Shown: piece by piece, positions 1-7,467 of the stretch | Numbering within the stretch: the stretch's first letter is position 1 | Layout: each line of letters opens with the position of its first letter | From: Fimbriimonadales bacterium | Lineage (GTDB): Bacteria > Armatimonadota > Fimbriimonadia > Fimbriimonadales > Fimbriimonadaceae | NCBI GenBank assembly: GCA_026418055.1 | Contig: JAOACB010000006.1 | Location: forward strand, 13,418 to 77,417 | Direction: 5' to 3' | DNA: 64,000 nucleotides | Translations under genes and position numbers: made by a program | The notes under the pieces: generated by a model | The model's input: the letters and a program-made list of their open reading frames with translations, nothing else | Told to the model about the DNA's origin: nothing | The model's database searches: none

Positions 1-1359
1 CTGGAGCAGGAGAAGGGCAACCTGGACCGGTTGCTGGCGTCGCGCCGCCAGCTGTTGCTGACCTACACGGAGAACAGCCTGGCGGTTCGCAAGATCGACG
101 AGCAGATCGCCTCGCAACGGCAGTACATCGAGAACCTGCAGAAGCGCCTGCTCGTCAAGCCATCGGTCAAGAACCCGCAGCTCGACGCTCTCGACGCTCA
201 GATCGTCGCGGCCAGAGCCGAGCTGAAGTCGGCGAGGGCCCAGCTCAGCTCAGCCCAGAGCCAAGCCGCGCGCCGGAGCAGCAGCCTGATGTCGATGCAG
301 GGCCTCGCCAAGCAGCAGGCCGCCCTAGAGTCCAAGGTGCTCGAGAGGGAACAGACCATTCGGCGGCTGACCGCCACGGTGGACGATCTGACGCTGCGCG
401 ACAACGCCTTAAAGACCCCGGTCAGCGTCGTGATGGCCGCGTCCGAGCCGGTGAAGATCGCGCCGAAGCCGCAGATGAACCTGATCGTCGGGGCTCTGTT
501 CGGCTTGGTGTTCGGCCTGATGCTGGCGATGGCCCGCGACACGCTGCAGGACCGCGTGGCATCGGACCGCGACGCCAAGTACGTCTCCGGCTTGGACATC
601 CTGGCCCGCCTGCCCGTGATCAAGCGCGCCAGCCCGTTGGTCGCCCGCAGCGGAGACCCGCTCGCCCTGGACCGCTACCGGTTGTTGCGCAGCAACATGG
701 CCTTGGCGCACGAGTACCACAAGAACGGCACAGGCTTGGTGCGTGCCGCAGAGGACGTGGAAACCGTGTTCGACGGCGACTTCCACCCGACCGCGGTGAT
801 GCCGTACAACGACCTCAAGGCGGTCATGATCACGAGCACCTTCGCTGGCGAGGGCAAGTCGGTGGTCGCCGCGAACCTCGCCACCGCCATGGCGCTCGAT
901 GGAAAGTCGGTCATCCTGGTGGACGCCAACCTCCGCATGCCGACCGTCCACCGGTCGTTCGGAGTGGACCAGGTGCCCGGCCTCACCGAGGTGCTGACGG
1001 GAGAGAAGACGATCGAGGAGGTCATCCAGGATTCCCCGATCCAGAACCTCAGGGTGGTTCCTGCCGGTACGCTGCCCAGCAACCCCTCCGGCCTGATCGC
1101 CTCCGACGCCATGAAGCACACGCACGAGGCTCTGACCGGCATGGCCGACGTGGTGATCTACGACACCGTGAGCAGCTTCGCGCTAGCGGACTCGCAGGCC
1201 TTGGCGGCGATCGTCGGCATGGTGCTGTTCGTCACGAAGGTCGGTGGGCCCAAGAAGGACGACATGCGCGAGGCGATCTCCACCCTGAAGATGACCAAGG
1301 CGCGGATTCTGGGCATCGTGGTCAACAAAGACCCGTCCGCGCGCGTGGTTCTGAGCTAG
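1..1359 (+). CDS. Polysaccharide co-polymerase (Wzz-like) fused to a P-loop BY-kinase/MinD-like ATPase domain; the 5' end lies outside the window
   Basis: Frame 1 is open from nt 1. Coiled-coil N-part, TM segment LIVGALFGLVFGLMLAMA, Walker A TSTFAGEGKSVV, Walker A' VILVDANLRMP, Walker B-like VVIYDT. No C-terminal Tyr cluster. Confidence 0.75.
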   Translation: MEQEKGNLDRLLASRRQLLLTYTENSLAVRKIDEQIASQRQYIENLQKRLLVKPSVKNPQLDALDAQIVAARAELKSARAQLSSAQSQAARRSSSLMSMQGLAKQQAALESKVLEREQTIRRLTATVDDLTLRDNALKTPVSVVMAASEPVKIAPKPQMNLIVGALFGLVFGLMLAMARDTLQDRVASDRDAKYVSGLDILARLPVIKRASPLVARSGDPLALDRYRLLRSNMALAHEYHKNGTGLVRAAEDVETVFDGDFHPTAVMPYNDLKAVMITSTFAGEGKSVVAANLATAMALDGKSVILVDANLRMPTVHRSFGVDQVPGLTEVLTGEKTIEEVIQDSPIQNLRVVPAGTLPSNPSGLIASDAMKHTHEALTGMADVVIYDTVSSFALADSQALAAIVGMVLFVTKVGGPKKDDMREAISTLKMTKARILGIVVNKDPSARVVLS

Positions 1360-2624
1360 CGCTTGCGCCAAAAGAGGTAGACGGGGTCCTCGCCGATGCT
1401 CGGCGGGGGCCCTGGTTCGCTCTTCCATGGCCCCGGTACCAACGGCATCCGTTGGACGCTCTCGAGCTTGCCGGGAATCGCCGGAAGGCGGGTTGCCGCG
1501 CGTTGGCCCGAGCCGGTGGCGCACCAAGCCACCCAAGCCATGGCGGACGGATCCTCGGCCTTGGCGAACTCGTACACGTACAGGTCGTTTCTCCTTTCCG
1601 ATACCTTTCGGACGAAGCGGTAGTCCCCCAGCGTGGCCAGCAGGTGCGCCACGGCGTGGAACGCGGGCTTGGGCTCGTAGCGCCTCGTCAGGCCCGAGGA
1701 GCCGTGCAGCTGGGGTTCGTCGTCATCGTTGAACCAGTAGAGGTAGGCTCGGCGCACGTCCAGGGCGGCCAAGAGCAGAAAGCTCCGAACGACGAAGCGC
1801 GCCTGTTGCTCGTCCGACACGTCCTCCCAACGGGCGAACTCCCTGTTGGGGTCGGGCTTGCGGGTCGAGGCGTCGTAGCCGAATTCGGTGACCCACACGG
1901 GCCTGCCAGGCGCGTGCCGATCGCGCCAAGCGATCACCTCGCGAACGTCCGCGAGATAGCTCAGGCGTTCGTCCTCGGGATGGCTGCGCCGCCACGTCGG
2001 GTACTGCTCCAGAAACGGATAGGTGTGCACGGTGACCACGTCGACGAGCCGCGGAAACGCCTCGAAGATCCGAAGGGTCTTGGCGTAGCGGTGGCTGGCG
2101 CGGTGGGTGGAGGCGCAGGTGGCGATTCGGAGCTTCGGATCCGCCTTGCGGATTCCCTCGGCCATGGCTTGGAAGACGCGCGCGTACAGGGCGTCGTCGA
2201 ACTCGCCGGGCTCGTTGCCGATCTCGACCGAGGAGACGAGGCCGGAAGGGCTCGAAGGGCCGAACCAGCGCGCGAAGCAGAAGCCGTAGGCGAAGGCGTC
2301 CCGTTCGGGGTCGCTCCACTTCACCGGAGGCAGCTCCTCGAACATCAGCGTGGCGTGCACATCGTAGCCCTCCTTCTTCCACGACCCGTAAAGCTGCTCC
2401 CACTGGACGCCGTTCCGGGCGGACGGAAACACGGTCGGATTCGCCGGGGAGTCCCCTAGGTCCCATCCCACGGGATGGTAGTTGCGCAAGAGGCGCGCCA
2501 CCGGCTTGTACACCTCCGGTTTGAAGAGCACGGTGTGCACGTTCAGCCCAATGAAGTCGCGCATCACCGGCTTGGGGGGCTCCTGCGTCAGGGATGCGGC
2601 CGCGACCAGCAACAAGGCGTTCAT
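1356..2624 (-). CDS. Secreted clan GH-A (TIM-barrel) glycoside hydrolase; family not assignable by eye
   Basis: Signal-like N-terminus MNALLLVAAASL. IGNEPGEF (acid/base Glu) and VWVTEFGYD (nucleophile Glu) motifs are spaced as in 4/7-superfamily hydrolases. Confidence 0.6.
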   Translation of the reverse strand: MNALLLVAAASLTQEPPKPVMRDFIGLNVHTVLFKPEVYKPVARLLRNYHPVGWDLGDSPANPTVFPSARNGVQWEQLYGSWKKEGYDVHATLMFEELPPVKWSDPERDAFAYGFCFARWFGPSSPSGLVSSVEIGNEPGEFDDALYARVFQAMAEGIRKADPKLRIATCASTHRASHRYAKTLRIFEAFPRLVDVVTVHTYPFLEQYPTWRRSHPEDERLSYLADVREVIAWRDRHAPGRPVWVTEFGYDASTRKPDPNREFARWEDVSDEQQARFVVRSFLLLAALDVRRAYLYWFNDDDEPQLHGSSGLTRRYEPKPAFHAVAHLLATLGDYRFVRKVSERRNDLYVYEFAKAEDPSAMAWVAWCATGSGQRAATRLPAIPGKLESVQRMPLVPGPWKSEPGPPPSIGEDPVYLFWRKR

Positions 2625-2645
2625 GGTCCTTTGGGTCTCCGCGCC

Positions 2646-3632
2646 ATGCTACCCGGCAGGCTGTGCCATGCTTGCCGCGTGTTGAAAGTCCACGGTGGCG
2701 GAACTTGGAGCGAATCCCATCAGGAGGCCCTTCGCCGAGCCACGCGCCGGTTCGCCGATTGGACGTTCGGAGACCGCCCGGATCCCTCCACCGAGGTCTG
2801 GGTGGGCTCCGGCTTCAGGGGCGCCGTCGCCGCGGCGCTGCCGAGGTTGCGCGCGGTGGTGGTGCCTTGGGCCGGTCCCAGCCGGGAGCTGATTCAGGAG
2901 GTTCGTTCCACTCCGGGCTTGAGCCTGCACAACCTCCACCACAACGCGGGCGCGACCGCAGAGATGGCGGTCGCGCTGCTGCTGGCCGTCGCCAAGAGCG
3001 TCGTTCCGCGAGACCGCGCCCTTCGGCAGGGCGACTGGGGCCACCGAGGGAGGGCTGCTTCGGCGAGGCTCCTGCAGGGTGGCACGGCGTTGGTGCTCGG
3101 CTACGGCGCGATCGGCCGCAGGATCGCCCGCATCTGCCGCGCCCTGGGCATGCGCGTGGCAGCCGTGAGAAGGCGGCGGCTTCCCGACGACCCACAGTGG
3201 GTCCATGGTGTGGGGGAACTGGGTCGGCTGCTGCGCAGTGCGGACGCCGTGCTCTGCTCGCTTCCCCTCACGCCGGAGACGGAAGGGCTGATGGGGGAGC
3301 GGGAGCTGGCGGCTCTGCCGCCGCACGCGATTGTGGTGAACGTCGGGCGGGGCCCCGTGTTCGACGAGTCGGCGCTCTACCGGGCGCTGGCCGAGGGACG
3401 GATCTGGGGGGCCGGTTTGGACGTGTGGTGGAACTACCCGCCCGGCGGCGATCGCGGCGCGCCTTCCTCGCTGCCGTTCCACGAGCTGGAGAACGTGGCG
3501 ATGACGCCCCACTGCGGCGGATGGGCCGAGGGCATCGACACCCACCGCTTCCGGGAGCTGGCCCGTTTGTTGCGCCGACTGAGCGCGGGCGATTGGACGG
3601 CGAACCAGGTCGACCTGGAGCGCGGCTACTGA
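2646..3632 (+). CDS. D-isomer-specific 2-hydroxyacid dehydrogenase family protein (NAD-binding)
   Basis: Rossmann motif LGYGAIGRRIARI, VNVGRGPV, AGLDVW, MTPHCGG. The ORF opens at 2475 but overlaps the convergent gene; ATG 2646 chosen, start uncertain. Confidence 0.75.
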   Translation: MLPGRLCHACRVLKVHGGGTWSESHQEALRRATRRFADWTFGDRPDPSTEVWVGSGFRGAVAAALPRLRAVVVPWAGPSRELIQEVRSTPGLSLHNLHHNAGATAEMAVALLLAVAKSVVPRDRALRQGDWGHRGRAASARLLQGGTALVLGYGAIGRRIARICRALGMRVAAVRRRRLPDDPQWVHGVGELGRLLRSADAVLCSLPLTPETEGLMGERELAALPPHAIVVNVGRGPVFDESALYRALAEGRIWGAGLDVWWNYPPGGDRGAPSSLPFHELENVAMTPHCGGWAEGIDTHRFRELARLLRRLSAGDWTANQVDLERGY

Positions 3633-3639
3633 GTCGGGG

Positions 3640-3783
3640 CTACCGCGTCTGCGCGGCGTTTCCCGGTTCGGCGGCGTAGTCGCCCTCCTTCACGGGGGCT
3701 CCCGCCTTCTCCTCCGAGCCTCCGGAGCAGGCGGCGGCGACGAGCAGCATCGTCAGGGCGAGCAGAACGTTCCAGAACCTCAT
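3640..3783 (-). CDS. 47-aa putative lipoprotein
   Basis: MRFWNVLLALTMLLVAAAC has a signal peptide plus lipobox. Its ATG overlaps the TGA of the upstream 61-aa ORF (ATGA). It is the tail of a longer spurious 351-aa ORF call. Confidence 0.45.
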   Translation of the reverse strand: MRFWNVLLALTMLLVAAACSGGSEEKAGAPVKEGDYAAEPGNAAQTR

Positions 3784-3965
3784 GGCGACACCTTTCCTTG
3801 CTCGATCAGCTTCTGGCGATACTCGCCAGGCTCCATCGTGTAGTCGTCGGGACGGACCTTTGTGGAGTCCGTGGGCTTGAACTGGCTCCATGCGATCCAA
3901 CCGATCGCCAGCAGCAACAGAGCCAGGACTGTTGCGATCACGGGCTTCGGGACCTCGGACTTCAT
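3780..3965 (-). CDS. 61-aa single-pass membrane protein
   Basis: One hydrophobic helix VIATVLALLLLAIGWIAW. Co-directional with, and 72 nt downstream of, the pilin-like gene, and translationally coupled to the next small ORF. Confidence 0.45.
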   Translation of the reverse strand: MKSEVPKPVIATVLALLLLAIGWIAWSQFKPTDSTKVRPDDYTMEPGEYRQKLIEQGKVSP

Positions 3966-4037
3966 CGCGATTCCTTCGGGAAGGCGGTGGGGCCCCTGGG
4001 CCGGGGCCCCTCCCGCGGCTCCTTGGATGGATTGGGT

Positions 4038-4904
4038 TCAGTAGGCGAAGCCCGCCGTTCCGGGCGGCACGTCCCACGGGCACGTGCCCAGGGGAGCGCC
4101 CTTGTTGCTGGTCTTCACCTTCGGGAAGTAGCCGGAGAACAGGCCGGAGACGGTGTCGTTCAGGTTGCCGAGCTTGCCCATCACCACAGCCTTGGCGAAC
4201 GAGGCGTGGCCGTCGACGAAGGCGAAGTTCGCGCCGCCGTTGAAACCACCGCTGGTCGCGATGGCGTTGCGGTTGTTCATCGCGCCGAACAGCTCGTAGC
4301 CCCAGCCGCCCGTGCTGATGTTCCAGAACCACTTGGTCTCGTTGTTCTCGGTCTGGCAGGAGGAGTACGTCCAAGCGTACTGCGACGGGCCGAGCATGGC
4401 GATCTCCGCGGGCACGTCGACGGAGGTCGTGCTGGTCGCTCCCGGGCTGAGCGGACCAAAGTCCGCGCGGGAGATCATGTGGTTCAGCGCGTAGGTGACG
4501 CGATAGCGGCGCGTCACGTCGGTGTCGGCGGCGTTGAGCTGCCCGGGATACAGGTAGCCGCCGGGACCGTAAAGGATGTCTCCGTTCGTGGCCGTCGAGA
4601 AGAGGCCCTTCGACTTCACGTAGGGCATCAGGATGTCGCTCCAGAACGGTCGCTCGAAGAAGTCCCCCGGATTGGGGTAGCTCGGCGAGCTCCACCGTCC
4701 CGCGTAGGGGAACGACAGGAACGTGTCGTCGTTGTCGGAGGAGTACATCAGGTGGCCCAGGGCCAGTTGCTTCACGTTCGACAGGTCCTGCGTCCGCTTG
4801 GCCGAGAGCTTGGCCTGGGCGAACACCGGGAAGAGGATGGCGGCCAGGATTGCGATGATCGCGATCACGACCAGGAGCTCGATGAGGGTGAAGGCTCGTT
4901 TCAT
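4038..4904 (-). CDS. Prepilin-type N-terminal cleavage/methylation domain protein (DUF1559 / H-X9-DG-like orphan pseudopilin)
   Basis: MKRAFTLIELLVVIAIIAILAAILFPVFAQAK is a class III signal. FAFVDGHASF motif near the C-terminus. AGGAGA SD 10 nt upstream. Confidence 0.85.
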   Translation of the reverse strand: MKRAFTLIELLVVIAIIAILAAILFPVFAQAKLSAKRTQDLSNVKQLALGHLMYSSDNDDTFLSFPYAGRWSSPSYPNPGDFFERPFWSDILMPYVKSKGLFSTATNGDILYGPGGYLYPGQLNAADTDVTRRYRVTYALNHMISRADFGPLSPGATSTTSVDVPAEIAMLGPSQYAWTYSSCQTENNETKWFWNISTGGWGYELFGAMNNRNAIATSGGFNGGANFAFVDGHASFAKAVVMGKLGNLNDTVSGLFSGYFPKVKTSNKGAPLGTCPWDVPPGTAGFAY

Positions 4905-4920
4905 GAGTTGGGTCTTTCTC

Positions 4921-6021
4921 CTATGAACTTGGGGGCACGCTCGTGGTCCCCCTCGGAACGAATTCGGGGTCGAGGATGTGACGGCGGCTCTCCACCCTGC
5001 CGGAAACCAGACCCTCGAGGAGGATGTCCGCCGCCAAGGCAGCCATCGCCTCCAGCGGCTGCCGGATGGTGGTCATGGGGGGATAGGAGAGCCGGATGAA
5101 GTCAGGATCGTCATATGCGACGATCGACAGGTCGTCGGGGCACCGCAACCCCAGGCGCTGGGTGATGCCGAGGAGGGCGAAGGCGATCTTCGGTCCGGCC
5201 GCGAACACGGCCGTGGGACGGCCGACGGCGGAGAGGATGGACTCGAGAAGGGCCTCGGTCGGCTCGTCGATTCCCCAGGCGGCGTCCATCACCACGATGC
5301 GCTCCTCCGGCAGATCGAGGCCGCGCGACTTGAGGGCGATGCGGAAGCCGCGGAGACGCTCGCGCGTGTTCGAGTCCGACGGACAACCGCCGAGGAACAT
5401 CGTTTCCTTGTGCCCGAGCTCGATGAGGTGGTTGGCGGCCATGAGCCCCCCGAGCAGATTGTCGCTGTCCACGAACGACAAGCCGGGGTAGTTCCACGAG
5501 CAACCGAGCAACACCACGGGACGTCCCGTGCAACGGAGATCGGCGAAAACCGGCAGGGCGGACTCGGGAGGGTCGATGACGATGTAGCCGGCGGGCGAGG
5601 GCTCGGTCGCAGCGTCCGCCAGCCCGCCCTGGAGAGGCCGTATGTCCACGCGCACCGAGTGCTGCTGGAGCCTCTGCTGCAGCTGCCAGTACAGCGTGCC
5701 GAAGTACACGTCGCCGATGGCCCCCAAGGAGTCGACGGGGACGACCACTCGGCACACCTGGCCTTCCGCGATGCCAGGGCTCTCGGCCACGAACGTGCCC
5801 CGCCCCTTCTCGCGAACCAGCCAGCCGTCTTGAACCAGCGCGAGGATCGCCTTGTTCGCGGTCATGCGGCTGACGCCGAAGCGCTCGGCGATCTCGGGCT
5901 CGCTGGGTAGCCGTTCGCCGGGCCGCAGAGCCCCCGAGCGCACCTGCTCGAGGATCGCCTCCCGGATCTGCGCGTGTGCCGGACGCGCGCCGCCCTTCTG
6001 CGATAGTCGTTCCGTCTGCAC
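4921..6021 (-). CDS. Chimeric transcription regulator: GntR-type winged HTH plus LacI/PBP1-type sugar-binding domain (AraR-like architecture)
   Basis: N-terminus IREAILEQVRSGALRPGERLPSEPEIAERFGVSRMTANKAILALVQDGWLVREKGRGTFV. The C-terminal ~270 aa resemble periplasmic-binding-protein/LacI cores. GTG start. Confidence 0.8.
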   Translation of the reverse strand: MQTERLSQKGGARPAHAQIREAILEQVRSGALRPGERLPSEPEIAERFGVSRMTANKAILALVQDGWLVREKGRGTFVAESPGIAEGQVCRVVVPVDSLGAIGDVYFGTLYWQLQQRLQQHSVRVDIRPLQGGLADAATEPSPAGYIVIDPPESALPVFADLRCTGRPVVLLGCSWNYPGLSFVDSDNLLGGLMAANHLIELGHKETMFLGGCPSDSNTRERLRGFRIALKSRGLDLPEERIVVMDAAWGIDEPTEALLESILSAVGRPTAVFAAGPKIAFALLGITQRLGLRCPDDLSIVAYDDPDFIRLSYPPMTTIRQPLEAMAALAADILLEGLVSGRVESRRHILDPEFVPRGTTSVPPSS

Positions 6022-6026
6022 GATTT

Positions 6027-6076
6027 GTCTAGACCAATCCTTTGTAGACCGTTGATGGCAATCAAATGTCTAGACA
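6027..6076. promoter_or_regulatory. Putative GntR-type operator cluster: GTCTAGAC (6027-6034), degenerate TGTAGAC (6043-6049), TGTCTAGACA (6067-6076)
   Basis: Perfect 8-bp and 10-bp palindromes with centres 41 bp apart, immediately upstream of and abutting the regulator start codon. Site 1 with flanks (TTGTCTAGACCA) matches the TGGTCTAGACCA dre-type core at 11 of 12 positions. Confidence 0.5.
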
Positions 6077-6169
6077 CATCTTACGCCAGAATAGGCAACA
6101 TGGAGGCGAAAACGCGGGTGGACCTAGGACTGCGACGGGAAAGCCCCAGCCTCTCCAGCAGAGGTTCGC

Positions 6170-7405
6170 TCAGGCCTGCACGATCTCCATGGCGATGCGG
6201 GCCCACTCGTCCAGGCGGCGCGGCTCGTACCGAATGGTCGAGATGTCCTTCTGGATGATCTCAAGGGGGCAACCGTGCCTCCGACAAACGTCGATGGTTG
6301 TCTGGAGGTCGCGGCGGATCGCTTCCTCATCGAACGAGTCGGTGGCCAGAAGGGCGGGGTTGGGCTTCCGCGAGAACACGAAGTCTCTCCCGATCTGCTC
6401 CGCTCCGCGCTCTTGGTCCACCCAGGGGGACATGGAGACCTTCCGCACGTTCGGGATCTTGCGGACCTCCGCCATCTTTCCGTCGAGTGGGTCGCAGCAC
6501 CCGTAGTAGACCAGGCCGAAACGCTCGCAGATCCTGGAAGCGTAGGCCACCTCGAACTCCTCGAACATCCGTGGCGAGACGGAGCCGAGGATCTGCGCCA
6601 GGCCGAACATCCACAGGTCCCGGCAGCGCGGCCTCTCTGGGTTGTATCCCTCCTTCGGCAACTCGTCCGTGTACGCGCCGGTGCAGTGGATGATCGGTTG
6701 CGGCTGGCACAGCAGACCGCCCTCCTCGAGCTGGTCCAGCATCGCCAGATAGCCCTCGGTCATGCGGCCGACGAGCCGATGCATGTACTCCGGGCGATCA
6801 ACCAGGTAGAGCAGCGTGTTCTCCACGCCGACCCAAGTGCTGATCGGATCCCACAGCGAGAGGTAGGGGTCGCACCCCTTGGCTCGCACCTCCAAGGTGC
6901 CGTCGAACACTTCTTGGGCCTTCGCGAGGCGCCTCTGGGTCTCCTCCGCGTCGTGCGAGACGGCGGGGGTTTGGATCTTCTCGAGGTCCTCCTCGGTCTC
7001 GAACTGGCAGCGGTAGATGTGGCCGAGCACGTCGCTCGTCGGGTCGATCGAAGCGGTTTCCTCGATCACCTGCACGCCGAAGCCGGTGTTGCGGATGGCC
7101 ATCGGCACGTCGAGATAGGGCTCCACCACCCGGTCGACGGGGAAGTGCCTCCACTGGTAGAGGGTGCGTCGCAGCTCGCGCTCGTATGCCCTCAGCTCCG
7201 GATCCTCGCACAGCAGCGTTAGCTCGCCAGTCTGCTCCAGCTCGTTCCAACAGACTTGGTCGACCATCACCATCGGTCGCTCCATCTGCAGACCGTTGAG
7301 CTTCCGCCACAGCCTCCGCTTCTCCTCCTGGACGGGCAGAGCCGCGATTTCCGCCACCTGCAGCGCTAGCTCCCGAAGAAGTTTTCGATCCTGAGAAAAT
7401 CCCAT
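6170..7405 (-). CDS. Uroporphyrinogen-decarboxylase (URO-D/MtaA-like) superfamily protein, function unknown
   Basis: Length and C-terminal pattern (YYGCCDPLDGKMAEVRKIPNVRKVSMSPW) are typical of URO-D-like TIM barrels. GGAG SD 5 nt before ATG 7405; the ORF call opens at GTG 7429. Confidence 0.55.
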   Translation of the reverse strand: MGFSQDRKLLRELALQVAEIAALPVQEEKRRLWRKLNGLQMERPMVMVDQVCWNELEQTGELTLLCEDPELRAYERELRRTLYQWRHFPVDRVVEPYLDVPMAIRNTGFGVQVIEETASIDPTSDVLGHIYRCQFETEEDLEKIQTPAVSHDAEETQRRLAKAQEVFDGTLEVRAKGCDPYLSLWDPISTWVGVENTLLYLVDRPEYMHRLVGRMTEGYLAMLDQLEEGGLLCQPQPIIHCTGAYTDELPKEGYNPERPRCRDLWMFGLAQILGSVSPRMFEEFEVAYASRICERFGLVYYGCCDPLDGKMAEVRKIPNVRKVSMSPWVDQERGAEQIGRDFVFSRKPNPALLATDSFDEEAIRRDLQTTIDVCRRHGCPLEIIQKDISTIRYEPRRLDEWARIAMEIVQA

Positions 7406-7438
7406 CTCGCTCCAGGAACACGTTACCACGCGCCTCTC

Positions 7439-7460
7439 GGCGTTGGTTAACGCCTATACT
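7439..7460 (+). promoter_or_regulatory. Inverted repeat GGCGTT-N4-AACGCC (7439-7454) abutting a -10-like TATACT (7455-7460) 7 nt before the GH2 ATG
   Basis: Read directly from the sequence. Lies in the 62-bp divergent region between the URO-D-like gene and the GH2 gene. Confidence 0.4.
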
Positions 7461-7467
7461 TGCAGGC

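Noticed and set aside
3640-4695. 351-aa ORF overlapping the pilin-like gene region
   Set aside because: Only its last 47 codons (signal peptide plus lipobox) look like a gene. The rest overlaps the well-supported pilin-like and 61-aa ORFs in another frame.
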